From NCBI GenBank assembly GCA_021736985.1, contig JAIPEW010000001.1:80239-144238 (forward strand): DNA of 64,000 nucleotides, read 5' to 3'. Below the pieces are notes generated by a model, which saw only the letters and a program-made list of their open reading frames with translations, was not told where the DNA came from and did not search any database. Shown piece after piece: positions 1 through 9,441 of this stretch. This stretch comes from Clostridiales bacterium (GTDB lineage Bacteria > Bacillota > Desulfotomaculia > Desulfotomaculales > VENG01). Every line of letters starts with the position of its first letter. Positions within the stretch are counted from its first letter, which is position 1. Position numbers and translations under genes: made by a program.

Positions 1-113
1 GTCCCCGGGATGGGCAGTCCATTACAGAAGATAGCGGTGTCTTGTATGGTGGAATAAGCTATGGAACCCCGGTTTCTTCTTTTGTTGAAAGTCCCAGCTA
101 ATGTAGATGAATT

Positions 114-590
114 ATGATTATAAATAAAAAAGAAGGCTTTACCTTAATTGAATTGATGGTAGTTCTCCTTTTAGTGGGGCTCACAGTAACGGTGACAGTC
201 CCGCTTTTCCACGGGGCCCTGGGCCGCTGCAGGCTGCATTTAGCAGCACGCCAGATGATTACTGATATCAGGGAAGTAGAATACATGGCTTTAAGCCGGG
301 AAGATACATACAAAGTTAAATTTTACATTGATCCTGACAGGGTTAATCCCCGGGATAAGTATTATATCATGCAGGGCATATCAGTAATAAAATCTATAGA
401 ACTGCCTGCTGGTGTAAATTTATATGGAACAAATTTTTATAATGATAGGTTTTATATAAATGCTTCCGGGTACCCAATGGGCGGTTTTGGAGGAACGATT
501 CACTTGGAAAATGATTCGGATAAGCACCTGTATATAATTATAGCTAAAACCGGCAGGGTTCGCATGGATGACCACCCACCTCCGGATTAA
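114..590 (+). CDS. type IV pilin-like protein with prepilin-type N-terminal cleavage/methylation domain (GspH/FimT-like minor pilin)
   Basis: 158-aa ORF; N-terminus KKEGFTLIELMVVLLLVGL matches the G/FTLIE class III signal motif plus hydrophobic helix; first of four pilin-like genes upstream of pilMNO. Confidence 0.7.
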   Translation: MIINKKEGFTLIELMVVLLLVGLTVTVTVPLFHGALGRCRLHLAARQMITDIREVEYMALSREDTYKVKFYIDPDRVNPRDKYYIMQGISVIKSIELPAGVNLYGTNFYNDRFYINASGYPMGGFGGTIHLENDSDKHLYIIIAKTGRVRMDDHPPPD

Positions 591-609
591 ACCAGAAAGG
601 AATGCAGGT

Positions 610-951
610 ATGTTAAACCAGAAAGGCTATTTGTTACTAGAAGTGCTGGTAGCCTGTTTGCTGCTGTCGTTATTTTTGGTTCCTGCAGCAGATATTTTTT
701 TCTACAATCATAAAGCAGTACAAGAAGCCCGCTGCTCGGATATTGCCTTAAATTTAGCCCGGGCCAGGTTGGAAATGAGTAAAGAGGGATTGAACAAGTC
801 TTTATTTGAGAGATACCCTGGCTACCAGTGCAGCGTTGATACGGAAGAGATAAATGAGTGCTTGAAAAGTATTACTGTTACCGTGTCTTATGAAGTAAGC
901 GATAAAGAGCACGAAATATCCTTGTCTGCGCTTGAAGCAATTAGTGATTAA
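610..951 (+). CDS. pilin-like hypothetical protein (PilV-like)
   Basis: ATG at 610 inside track ORF 568..951; N-terminus MLNQKGYLLLEVLVACLLLSLFLV looks like a degenerate prepilin helix with Glu at +5; operon context. Confidence 0.45.
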   Translation: MLNQKGYLLLEVLVACLLLSLFLVPAADIFFYNHKAVQEARCSDIALNLARARLEMSKEGLNKSLFERYPGYQCSVDTEEINECLKSITVTVSYEVSDKEHEISLSALEAISD

Positions 952-962
952 ATAGAAAACTC

Positions 963-1202
963 CCTGAAAACTACGGCCAGGGCCGGGGGATTTCCGGAAG
1001 GTAGCGGAGTCTGGGTGCGCTGCATAGCCCGTCAAATCTCGAAACCCCGGCTGCTAAGGGCGTGAAAAACTTGATATGTACTATCATTGAGCGGGTATCT
1101 AAAACATACTTTATGCTCCCAGTAAAAATACGAAGTCTCCTGGAGGAAACCACCGGACCTCCACCCAGCCGTCAGAAGAGTTTTCATGCTCCGTTGTGAG
1201 CC
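963..1202 (+). repeat. family A composite intergenic repeat, copy A1 (L module 963-1034, unique core, R module 1164-1202)
   Basis: L module CCTGAAAACTACGGCCAGGGCCGGGGGATTTCCGGAAGGTAGCGGAGTCTGGGTGCGCTGCATAGCCCGTCA recurs at 1234, 14048 and 41760; R module CCCAGCCGTCAGAAGAGTTTTCATGCTCCGTTGTGAGC recurs at 4400, 7943, 14205, 24311 and 41935. Confidence 0.9.
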
Positions 1203-1233
1203 CCAGGCTCGTGGGGGGGTAATCAGAAAACGT

Positions 1234-1295
1234 CCTGAAAATTATGGCCAGGACCGGGGGATTTCCGGAAGGTAGCGGATTCTGGACCCGCAGCG
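1234..1295 (+). repeat. family A solo L module (copy A2)
   Basis: CCTGAAAATTATGGCCAGGACCGGGGGATTTCCGGAAGGTAGCGGATTCTGG is a near-identical direct repeat of 963-1014, 270 bp downstream; it ends 8 nt before the ATG at 1303. Confidence 0.9.
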
Positions 1296-1302
1296 TTTTA
1301 GC

Positions 1303-1794
1303 ATGAGGACAATGAGGGTGAATAGTTTGTGTCTAAAGAATCAACGTGGTTTTACATTAATAGAAGTACTGGCTTCTTTAACCATTCTTGTTTTATTGAC
1401 AGCTGCTGCGCTGCAAGTATACCAGCACGGCCTGCTGAGCTGGAAAGAAGAAGAAAAAGTTTTAAATGTACAGGATAACCTGCGCATCAGCATGGACCGC
1501 ATGGCACGGGAAATTCGCCAGGCCAGGTCACTGGATTCTTCCAGCAGTACGAGCAGGGTTATTATTTATGATACGGGAAATCAAAAAATAGTGTATTCCA
1601 TAGAAGATAATACCCTGTACCGCAAGGCAGGTAGCAGCGTAAAACAGCCCGTTGCAGGAAGTATAAGCTGCTTGAGTTTTGAATACGGTCCAGGAAATCT
1701 TGTAACTATAACTGCTGCCGGAAAAACAAAAGAATTAGAAGAAATCACTTATACCACGGCAGTATGCATAAGAACGGGCAGCGAGGATATATAA
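1303..1794 (+). CDS. prepilin-type N-terminal cleavage/methylation domain protein (PilW-like minor pilin)
   Basis: 163-aa ORF; KNQRGFTLIEVLASLTILVLL prepilin motif. Confidence 0.65.
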   Translation: MRTMRVNSLCLKNQRGFTLIEVLASLTILVLLTAAALQVYQHGLLSWKEEEKVLNVQDNLRISMDRMAREIRQARSLDSSSSTSRVIIYDTGNQKIVYSIEDNTLYRKAGSSVKQPVAGSISCLSFEYGPGNLVTITAAGKTKELEEITYTTAVCIRTGSEDI

Positions 1795-2205
1795 ATGTGC
1801 GTAGAAAAAAATAACAGGGGACAGGCGATTATACTGGTAATGGTAATCATTGTGCTGCTTTTAACAGTAAGTATAACTTGTTTATCCCTCTGTAAAAGCC
1901 AGGAAAAGACTGTTATTTACCAGAGAGAAAAAGTACAGGCTTACTATAATGCTGACTCGGGGATAGAAAGGGTTGTGTCCCGGCTGAAAAAAGACCCCGG
2001 GTGGGCAGAAGAAGTGCCGGGTTATCTTGTTACCTTTTACAAAGATGACAAAATGATTGTAAAAGTAAGAAAAGAAGAAACAGAACTTTTTATTCGCTCT
2101 ACGGGGCGCTGCAGCCGCTGCAAAAAAAACCTGGAAGCTTGTATGAAACTGGATCCTCTAAAAGTATTATCCTGGAAAGAAAAATATCCTGTACTGCCCG
2201 ATTAG
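1795..2205 (+). CDS. hypothetical pilus-associated protein (PilX-like N-terminal anchor)
   Basis: 136-aa ORF abutting the previous stop; N-terminal NNRGQAIILVMVIIVLLLTV hydrophobic helix; pilin operon context. Confidence 0.4.
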   Translation: MCVEKNNRGQAIILVMVIIVLLLTVSITCLSLCKSQEKTVIYQREKVQAYYNADSGIERVVSRLKKDPGWAEEVPGYLVTFYKDDKMIVKVRKEETELFIRSTGRCSRCKKNLEACMKLDPLKVLSWKEKYPVLPD

Positions 2206-2232
2206 TGAGTATAGTAATGGGAGAGGTCTGGT

Positions 2233-3207
2233 TTGCTGAATTTTAATTTGAAATTGCTATTGAATGGTTATACACGTACTGCAATTGATGTAGGTAGCAG
2301 TCAGCTCAAAGTTGCACAGGTAAAACTGATAAAAGGAGTTCCCCGGGTATCATATCTCTATAAAATACCTGTTCCAGGTGAAATGTTCGAAGCTGGATTT
2401 AACCCGGAAATATTAACTTCTCTGCTGCTGCAGGTGAAAGAAAATAGCAATATTAAAATGCAAAATGTAATCAGCTGTATTCGGGACAGCAGGGTTGTAA
2501 CCCGCTGTATCAAGATACCTGTAATGCCTTATAAAGAATTAAAAAAAGCTGTGTTCTGGGAAGCAAAAAAAGTTATCCCTCTTCCATTAGATAATATGGT
2601 GATAGATTTTGCACAGCTCAATTATGACTCCAGGGAAAGTAAGCAAAACATATTACTGGGTGCAGCTCCTGCCAGCATCGTATATGATTTTCACGGGGCA
2701 TTTAAACAGGTAAATTTTAAACTGGATGCTCTGGACCTGCAGGCTCTGGCATTGTGGCGCGTGTTTACTTTGATACTAAATAACATGCCGGAAGTTTTTG
2801 CAGTTGCTGATATAGGGGTTTCGGCCACTCATATGATATTTATAAAAAAAGGTAATTTAAAGTATACGCGCAGTTTTAATAATGGTAGTACAAAATTATA
2901 TATGCATCCAAAAAGTGAAACCAGTGAGAACGCATTTTCACCAGGAACAAAAGAAATAGTAAAAGAACTGCACCGCTCGCTGGAATTTTATACAGAGCGG
3001 GAGAAGGAACCAGTGCAAAAATTGATTATTACTGGCAGTTGCAGCAATATTAACGGGTTTGCTTCTTATTTGTCGTGTGAACTGGGTTTTGAAGTAGAAA
3101 CAGGAAGCCTTGAGCAGTTAAGCAGAAATGGAGAATATATTGATCCTGTATTTATAACTGCAATAGGGCTTGCCGTGCGGGAGATGATAACCAGTGCCCA
3201 GAATTAA
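2233..3207 (+). CDS. pilM: type IV pilus assembly protein PilM
   Basis: 324-aa actin/FtsA-like fold protein (IDVGSSQLKVAQV, ADIGVSATHM); TTG start after GGGAGAGG; followed by pilN/pilO-like genes. Confidence 0.8.
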   Translation: MLNFNLKLLLNGYTRTAIDVGSSQLKVAQVKLIKGVPRVSYLYKIPVPGEMFEAGFNPEILTSLLLQVKENSNIKMQNVISCIRDSRVVTRCIKIPVMPYKELKKAVFWEAKKVIPLPLDNMVIDFAQLNYDSRESKQNILLGAAPASIVYDFHGAFKQVNFKLDALDLQALALWRVFTLILNNMPEVFAVADIGVSATHMIFIKKGNLKYTRSFNNGSTKLYMHPKSETSENAFSPGTKEIVKELHRSLEFYTEREKEPVQKLIITGSCSNINGFASYLSCELGFEVETGSLEQLSRNGEYIDPVFITAIGLAVREMITSAQN

Positions 3208-3793
3208 TATGCTGCCCCGGGATTTGAAGTCCGGTCTGGCCGGCCGGCGTACACTCCGGTTTTTTTTTATTTCTTTATTAATTTTACTTTTTCTTATATA
3301 CTGCAGTTTTGCATATCATTATTTCTATATGCAGAGAGAACTGAATAAAGTTAACAAAGAATTAAAAATAATGACACCTCGTTTCCAGGAATTCAAAAAA
3401 TTACAGCAGCAGGGAAATGAAATAGATGCGAGATTAACCGGTTTAAATAATTTAATTAGACAAAGAAAAAAATGGTCCCCTGTTTTAGCTGGTATAAAAA
3501 GTGTGATACCAGGAGATATTCAGTTAACCCGGTTGAAGATACACAGTAGAAATAATATTGAAAAGGACAGGGAAAATACAGCAGCGCAAGCTAAAAGTAA
3601 TTATCCAAATGCGGTGACATTGGAAGGCGGCTCGCAAAGTGTGCCTTCTATAGGTGTTCTGCTGAAAAGATTAAATGCACTTGAATATTTTAACAGGGTA
3701 GAGCTGAATAAACTTCAGGGTGAAAAAAATATAGAATTTAGCATTACTGCTCATGTTGAGAAGATTAAGGAAGTGCCGGAAAATGAAAATTAA
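3194..3793 (+). CDS. pilN: type IV pilus assembly protein PilN
   Basis: 199 aa; N-terminal INMLP motif, single TM, then coiled-coil region, as in PilN; overlaps the pilM stop. Confidence 0.7.
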   Translation: MPRINMLPRDLKSGLAGRRTLRFFFISLLILLFLIYCSFAYHYFYMQRELNKVNKELKIMTPRFQEFKKLQQQGNEIDARLTGLNNLIRQRKKWSPVLAGIKSVIPGDIQLTRLKIHSRNNIEKDRENTAAQAKSNYPNAVTLEGGSQSVPSIGVLLKRLNALEYFNRVELNKLQGEKNIEFSITAHVEKIKEVPENEN

Positions 3794-4331
3794 CCTGGCT
3801 AAAAGAGAAAAGTACTTGATTATTGCAGCAGCTTTAGCGTTAATACTTTATATAGTAAGCAATATTATTTTTTTTCCTCATTGCAGGGCATATTCTGCGA
3901 TGAAAAGCAAGTTAGAAAATGCCCGCACAAAAAAGGAGTTATATACTAAAGTGTGCTTGTCCGTGGAAGAAGAAAAAAACAGGGTAAGAAATGCTAGTAA
4001 GAAGTTTAATACAATAAAAACAAATTATTTTCCCGTTATACAAAAAGGCAGCATGCTTGTTGATGTAGCCCTGCTGGCTGATAAAAAGGAAGTATCTATA
4101 ACATATTTGCAGCCCGGGGAACTGGTGAAAAATAAATATTGTTTTGAGCTGCCGGTAGAGATAAAAGTAAGAGGTGCAAATGAAAAAGTGCTGGGTTATA
4201 TTAATAGCCTGGAAGAACTTGTGCCTTTATCAAACTTATGCGAGATAGATTCCCTGGTGATAGAGCCCGGGCAAAATAAATACGAGAATGTAACAGCACA
4301 ATTTATTATAATTTATTATAGTTTAACTTAA
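3783..4331 (+). CDS. pilO: type IV pilus assembly protein PilO-like
   Basis: ATG at 3783 (MKINLAKREKYLIIAAALALILYI) inside track ORF 3753..4331; single TM plus coiled coil; position after pilN. Confidence 0.55.
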   Translation: MKINLAKREKYLIIAAALALILYIVSNIIFFPHCRAYSAMKSKLENARTKKELYTKVCLSVEEEKNRVRNASKKFNTIKTNYFPVIQKGSMLVDVALLADKKEVSITYLQPGELVKNKYCFELPVEIKVRGANEKVLGYINSLEELVPLSNLCEIDSLVIEPGQNKYENVTAQFIIIYYSLT

Positions 4332-4360
4332 GAATTTGTAGTTTAAAAGCCTTAACATTG

Positions 4361-4447
4361 GCCGGTGGATTTCCGGACGGAGTTTCCTGGAGTAAACCAC
4401 CGGTTTCCCAATCAGCTGTCAGAAGCCTTTTATACTTTGTTGTGAGC
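4361..4447 (+). repeat. family A short copy (A5: truncated L module fused to R module)
   Basis: GCCGGTGGATTTCCGGACGG...AAACCACCGGTTTCCCAATCAGCTGTCAGAAGCCTTTTATACTTTGTTGTGAGC; CCGGTGG/CCACCGG can pair; 104 nt upstream of tldD. Confidence 0.85.
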
Positions 4448-4550
4448 AATATTTAGCAATGAAATATTCAAAAGAATTAATTTTTTTTTGTATAGTTAAT
4501 ATAATTAAAGCAGAAATTATTGGTATAAAAGAAATAAAAATGATATTATT

Positions 4551-5975
4551 GTGGATGGAAATTTGCAGACTTGGAGGCGAGAATACTTGATAGATAAACA
4601 AGTTCTTGAAGAAGTTCTTGATACTGTTTATACCGGGGGAGTCCATTTTGCAGATGTTTTCGTAGAAAATAGGAAAGCTACGGGAATAAGTTGTGAAAAA
4701 GGTAAAATAGAGCGTGTACATACCGGTGTTGACACAGGTGCTGGAATAAGGGTTGTTTCCGGGGATTCTACTTCGTATGCATATACCAATGATTTAACCC
4801 GGGAAGGATTAATGGAAGCAGCTAAAATTGCCGCTTCAGAAAAAAATGATAAAAAGAATCTTTCTGTTAACCTTACGAAAGTAGAACCGTCAGTTAGTCT
4901 TGATATTGAAAAAATGCCTGAACAAATAAATACAGGGGATAAAGTTTCTGTAGTGCAGGCCGGAGATAGTGCAGCGCGGGAAGCAGGAGGAGACGTTATA
5001 AGGCAGGTTATGGTAGTTTTCGGTGATGTAGTACAGGGTATTGTAATTGCAAACAGCAAAGGGGACTATATTGAAGATGAGAGGGTTCGCACCCGCTACA
5101 TGGTTCAGGCTGTTGCAGCAGAAGGAGAAATAATACAAACCGGGTATGAGCCAGTAGGCGGTTACTGTGGTTTTGAATTATTGAACATGTTTTCTCCGGA
5201 AGAAGTTGGTAGAAAAGCAGCCCGCAGGGCCCGGGCAATGCTCGAAGCACGCCCTGCCCCCGCAGGTAAAATGCCCGTGGTTTTATCCTCCGAGGCAGGT
5301 GGTACTATGATTCATGAAGCTTGCGGACACGGTCTTGAGGCAGACCTGGTCCAGAAGGGGATATCAGTATATGCCGGTAAAATAGGCCAGAAGGTAGCGT
5401 CAGAAAAAGTTACCGTGGTTGATGATCCGACTTTAAAAGGCAAGTATGGTTCTTACCGTTTTGACGATGAAGGTGTGAAGGCTCGCCCGGTTACCTTAAT
5501 AGAGAACGGAATATTAAAAGATTACATGTATGACCGTTTAACTGCCCGCAAGGAAGACAGGGAAAGCAACGGTCACGGAAGGCGCGAATCTTACCAGGAT
5601 AAGCCTATTCCGCGCATGGGAAATACTTATATAGTACCGGGCAGGGATGATCCGGAAAAAATGATAGAAGAAGTAAATAAGGGGTTATTAGTTAAAAAAA
5701 TGGGCGGGGGACAAGTAGATACTACAACGGGAGATTTTGTATTTGATGTGGCAGAAGGTTATCTAATCGAGAACGGGACAGTGGGGCCCATGGTACGTGG
5801 TGCTACACTAACCGGTAACGGTCCCGAGGTATTGCAAAAAGTTTCCATGGTAGGAAAAGATCTTGGTTTTACTATTGGAACATGCGGTAAGGACGGCCAG
5901 GGAGTACCTGTAAGCGATGCTCAACCCACCATGGCTGTAGAAGAATTGGTTGTAGGTGGCACCGGGCATGACTAA
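4551..5975 (+). CDS. tldD: metalloprotease TldD
   Basis: 474 aa; HEACGHGLEAD zinc-binding motif and overall TldD/PmbA family architecture. Confidence 0.85.
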   Translation: MDGNLQTWRREYLIDKQVLEEVLDTVYTGGVHFADVFVENRKATGISCEKGKIERVHTGVDTGAGIRVVSGDSTSYAYTNDLTREGLMEAAKIAASEKNDKKNLSVNLTKVEPSVSLDIEKMPEQINTGDKVSVVQAGDSAAREAGGDVIRQVMVVFGDVVQGIVIANSKGDYIEDERVRTRYMVQAVAAEGEIIQTGYEPVGGYCGFELLNMFSPEEVGRKAARRARAMLEARPAPAGKMPVVLSSEAGGTMIHEACGHGLEADLVQKGISVYAGKIGQKVASEKVTVVDDPTLKGKYGSYRFDDEGVKARPVTLIENGILKDYMYDRLTARKEDRESNGHGRRESYQDKPIPRMGNTYIVPGRDDPEKMIEEVNKGLLVKKMGGGQVDTTTGDFVFDVAEGYLIENGTVGPMVRGATLTGNGPEVLQKVSMVGKDLGFTIGTCGKDGQGVPVSDAQPTMAVEELVVGGTGHD

Positions 5976-7363
5976 TGCAAGTTGGGCTCGTATACTATGT
6001 ATTTATTCTTGCTGTTCTTTTTAGCTTTATAAAGTGCCTGGTCAGAGTTGTTCAGCAGTTCTTTAGCTGAACCTGCATCTTCAGGAAATGTAGCTACGCC
6101 CAGGCTAACAGTTAGATTTCCGCTGGGCTGGTATTCTTGAAAGGGAAAGGGGTGATATTCAACATTGCGCTGTATTTTATGTGCTGCATGTATTGCCCCG
6201 TCTTTATTAGTTTCAGGTAGTAATACAGTAAATTCCTCACCGCCGTACCTGGATACTATGTCAGATTCCCGGGTGGTGGAAACCAATATGCCGGCCAGCT
6301 CCCTTAAAACATTGTCTCCAGCAGGATGACCGTTAGAATCATTGTAAGGCTTGAAATTATCTATATCCAGGAATAAAAGTGAAAATTGTTTATTATATCT
6401 TGTAGCGTTATCTACTTCTGATTTAAGGCGTTCAATGAAATACCCGTGGTTGTAAAGTCCTGTAAGCCTGTCTCGTATGGATTCCTCATAGGCTTTATTA
6501 TAATTATGTACCATTTTATCATGCAGCTGCTTTTTTCTAAGTAGTGAATTAACCCTCAGGTTGAGCTCTTTTTTGTTAATAGGTTTTATTAAGTAATCAT
6601 CTGCCCCGTGTTCCAGGCCTTTTAACTTGTCAGACATGCTTTCAAGACTTGTAATCATTAAAACTGGTATATTAGCAGTCCCGGTATCTGATTTCAATTG
6701 TTTACATACTTTAAAGCCATTTATATCCGGTAAAACAATATCCAGTATAATCAAGTCAAAGTTATTAGTACTGGCCAGGTTAAGTGCTTCACTGCCGCTG
6801 TAGATAGGTATAAATTCCATGGTTTCTTCACCAAGGTTTTTGCGAATAATTAAATTCTGCAGTTTGCTGTCTTCTATTATCAGGACGCGGGGTTTGGGTG
6901 TTTGAAATATAATATTGGAATCCATTGTTTCGCTGTGCTCTTCGGTCTTGTTTTCCTGTGTATTGTCGTAATCCTTAAGCTGCAGCTGCATGTGTCGTAT
7001 TTCTAGAATCGATTTTGTTCTTGATAATATTTCTAGATAATTTACGGGCTTATCCAGAATTTCATCCACGATATTAATATTTTCATCTTGTGCTAAATTA
7101 TTGGCAGAACCCATGAAGATGACGGGAATGTCACTTGATTTGTGTTCTCTTAACACTTGAAGAATAAGTTCAAGTTCATCAAAGGCATCATCTAAAACAA
7201 GTAAATCCAGCATGTTATAAAATAATAATTCTTTAATACAATTTATATTGCTGGAAATCATTACACGGTATCCTGTTTTATTCAGAGTTTCGTGCAGTGA
7301 ATTATTATCGGCAACTTTATTGCCAATAATAACTATTGTGCTTTTATTCAAAAAAGCTCGCAC
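5972..7363 (-). CDS. response regulator with two receiver domains and a GGDEF diguanylate cyclase domain (PleD-like)
   Basis: 463 aa; second REC has RVLIIEDS...DLIILDIVLPDINGF; C-terminal RYGGEEF active-site motif; exact start uncertain (GTG 7363 or TTG 7351). Confidence 0.85.
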   Translation of the reverse strand: MRAFLNKSTIVIIGNKVADNNSLHETLNKTGYRVMISSNINCIKELLFYNMLDLLVLDDAFDELELILQVLREHKSSDIPVIFMGSANNLAQDENINIVDEILDKPVNYLEILSRTKSILEIRHMQLQLKDYDNTQENKTEEHSETMDSNIIFQTPKPRVLIIEDSKLQNLIIRKNLGEETMEFIPIYSGSEALNLASTNNFDLIILDIVLPDINGFKVCKQLKSDTGTANIPVLMITSLESMSDKLKGLEHGADDYLIKPINKKELNLRVNSLLRKKQLHDKMVHNYNKAYEESIRDRLTGLYNHGYFIERLKSEVDNATRYNKQFSLLFLDIDNFKPYNDSNGHPAGDNVLRELAGILVSTTRESDIVSRYGGEEFTVLLPETNKDGAIHAAHKIQRNVEYHPFPFQEYQPSGNLTVSLGVATFPEDAGSAKELLNNSDQALYKAKKNSKNKYIVYEPNLH

Positions 7364-7451
7364 CTTCCAGTTACATGATTAATTACATTTTATATTATTC
7401 TAGTATGATTATGTAAAAATTACAACTAAATTTAGTTATAAATTATAATAA

Positions 7452-7480
7452 AATAAAAAAGACCGGTTTAAAAACCGGTT
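7452..7480 (-). terminator. rho-independent terminator of the DUF3243 gene
   Basis: ACCGGTTT-AA-AAACCGGT hairpin (7462-7479), followed on the minus strand by a T-run. Confidence 0.65.
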
Positions 7481-7487
7481 TAAAAAT

Positions 7488-7751
7488 TTATTTGGATACC
7501 AACTTGGTCATTAAACTTGCAATTACCTTTTTTTCTGAATCGTCAGCTACCTCCCAGAGTTCTTTTACAGCTTTTTGTTCATTGTTAGCCGGGGGAACAT
7601 TTTCAGCTAGAACATAACCTGCTTGCTCTGCCAGAGCTTGTATTTTATCTTTGGGTACTCCCAACTCGGTTGCAAATTCTACGGCGTGTTTTAAATAATT
7701 TTTCCAGTTGTCCCAGTCCATGTTAGCCTTGTTTAAGTCAAGATTTAACAT
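7488..7751 (-). CDS. DUF3243-family protein (YmfJ-like)
   Basis: 87 aa; WDNWKNYL...LAEQAGYVLAENV...NEQKAVKELW pattern resembles B. subtilis YmfJ-type proteins (from memory). Confidence 0.55.
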   Translation of the reverse strand: MLNLDLNKANMDWDNWKNYLKHAVEFATELGVPKDKIQALAEQAGYVLAENVPPANNEQKAVKELWEVADDSEKKVIASLMTKLVSK

Positions 7752-7942
7752 TATATCACCTCTTTTTTACAACCATGCTTTGCATTTTAATATATTTTTG
7801 CCGTGTTTTTGGATATTATACTAATTTTTTTTAACGTATAAATTGTTTATTATGGTTTTTACTTCTTATAAAGGAATACTTTTATTTTAAAAGAATCATA
7901 CTAATATGACGTCATGATTAAATTCAAAGTTTTGTTGATCTC

Positions 7943-7983
7943 ACCCAGCTATTAGAAGAAGTTTTCATGTTTTATAGTGAGCA
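7943..7983 (+). repeat. family A solo R module (copy R6)
   Basis: CACCCAGCTATTAGAAGAAGTTTTCATGTTTTATAGTGAGC, 39 nt upstream of the pmbA start. Confidence 0.8.
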
Positions 7984-8021
7984 AAAAACTTGCGGGGATT
8001 TAATCGAAAGGAGGAATAATA

Positions 8022-9368
8022 TTGAGAAAACAAGGTTTTTTAAGAAGAGCAGAAGATGCAGTAGATATAGCAAAAAAGCTTGGTGCTCCGGTTGCAGAAT
8101 CATATTTAAGCAGTGCCAGGGAATTTACTGTTGAAGTTCGTGATAAACAGGTAGAAACTCTTAAGCTCGCAGACGAAACGGGCCTGGGGTTAAGAGTATT
8201 AGTAGACGGGAAAATCGGTTTTTCTTATACTACAGACCTGGGGAAAGACGGTGTGGAAGCAGCAGTAAAAGAAGCTGTTGCTAATGCAGGAAATACTGCT
8301 CCAGATGAAAACCGGGGTTTTCCCCGGCCATTTTCAGAATATCCCATGTTGAATATTCATGATCCCCAGCTTAGTAATGTAACCAAGGAAGAAAAAATTA
8401 ATTTGGCCAAATCTATGGAAGAAGATGCTCTTGCCTATGATCCCAGGATAAAAATTATTGAAACTTCTGCTTACCAGGATGGTGAAATAGAAATAGCAGT
8501 ATGCAACAGTACCGGTGTTTCACTTACTTACCGGGGAACATATTGTGGAGTACATCTTTCACTGGTTGCAAATGAAAATGAGGATAACCAGACTGGTTTT
8601 GCGCTGGATTTTGCTTTAAAGTATAAAGACCTGGACCCGTCATTTGTAGGAAATAAAGCTGCCCGGCGTGCTGTCCGCATGTTAGGTGCCTGTCCTGTTA
8701 AAACACAAAAAGTCCCTGTTGTTTTTGAGCCTCATGTTGCTTCAGGAATACTGGGTGTTTTAGGACCATCTTTTTCCGGTGAGGCTGTACAAAAGGGTCG
8801 CTCTCTTTTTGCCGGGAAAAAAGGACAAAGAATTGCCTCGGACAAAGTGAATATAATTGATGACGGTACAATGGCCGGTGGAATAGCATCTTCACCTTTT
8901 GACGGGGAAGGTTATCCTACATCGCGAAGTACGCTGGTACAAGGAGGAACATTACAGGGGTATTTACATAATACTTATACAGCATCATTAGAAGGAACTG
9001 CATCGACTGGAAATGGTACGAGAAATTCTTTTAAATCTACACCCGAGGTAGGCACTACTAACTTTTTTATAGAACCTGGTGATATAGGGCCTGATGATCT
9101 GCTGAAAAATGTAGGTAGTGGTTTTTACGTGACCGAGGTCATGGGTTTGCATACTGCAAATCCAATTTCCGGTGATTTTTCCCTCGGGGCTAACGGGCTT
9201 TGGATTGAAAATGGTTCACTGGCAAAACCTGTTAAAGGTGTTGCCCTGGCAGGAAACCTGGTACACCTGTTAAAAGGTGTAGAAGAAGTAGGAAATGATT
9301 TGCAGTTTTTTGGTGGAAAAGGTTCCCCTACGATAGTAGTATCAGAGATGAGCGTTAGCGGAGATTGA
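8022..9368 (+). CDS. pmbA: metalloprotease PmbA/TldE
   Basis: 448 aa TldD/PmbA family without the HExxxH motif; TTG start 8 nt after AGGAGG. Confidence 0.85.
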   Translation: MRKQGFLRRAEDAVDIAKKLGAPVAESYLSSAREFTVEVRDKQVETLKLADETGLGLRVLVDGKIGFSYTTDLGKDGVEAAVKEAVANAGNTAPDENRGFPRPFSEYPMLNIHDPQLSNVTKEEKINLAKSMEEDALAYDPRIKIIETSAYQDGEIEIAVCNSTGVSLTYRGTYCGVHLSLVANENEDNQTGFALDFALKYKDLDPSFVGNKAARRAVRMLGACPVKTQKVPVVFEPHVASGILGVLGPSFSGEAVQKGRSLFAGKKGQRIASDKVNIIDDGTMAGGIASSPFDGEGYPTSRSTLVQGGTLQGYLHNTYTASLEGTASTGNGTRNSFKSTPEVGTTNFFIEPGDIGPDDLLKNVGSGFYVTEVMGLHTANPISGDFSLGANGLWIENGSLAKPVKGVALAGNLVHLLKGVEEVGNDLQFFGGKGSPTIVVSEMSVSGD

Positions 9369-9441
9369 TTTATTAAAGCCCTTTTTCCAGGGCTTTACCT
9401 GTGGTAAAATTATCAAGGAAATTAACTGGTGGTAATAAATA

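Noticed and set aside
1-57. The 3' end of an upstream gene (frame 1, ...VPGMGSPLQKIAVSCMVE-stop)
   Set aside because: Only 18 codons are visible, too little to identify or to confirm that it is coding.
963-1034. Possible c-di-GMP-I (GEMM-I) riboswitch: CCGGAAGGTAGCGGAGTC resembles the CCGGUAGGUAGCGGGGUUAC segment of the Vc2 aptamer, and the element sits among pilin genes
   Set aside because: The rest of the aptamer is absent (no GGCAAACC...GAAA...GGGACGCAAAGCC half and no complementary strand for the P3-like helix). The copies are near-identical, including loops, which marks a dispersed repeat rather than independent riboswitches.
802-1153. Minus-strand ORFs 802..1035 and 971..1153
   Set aside because: They run through the family A repeat and the 3' end of a pilin-like gene. 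The same pseudo-ORF content recurs wherever the repeat occurs, so they are repeat-derived artefacts.
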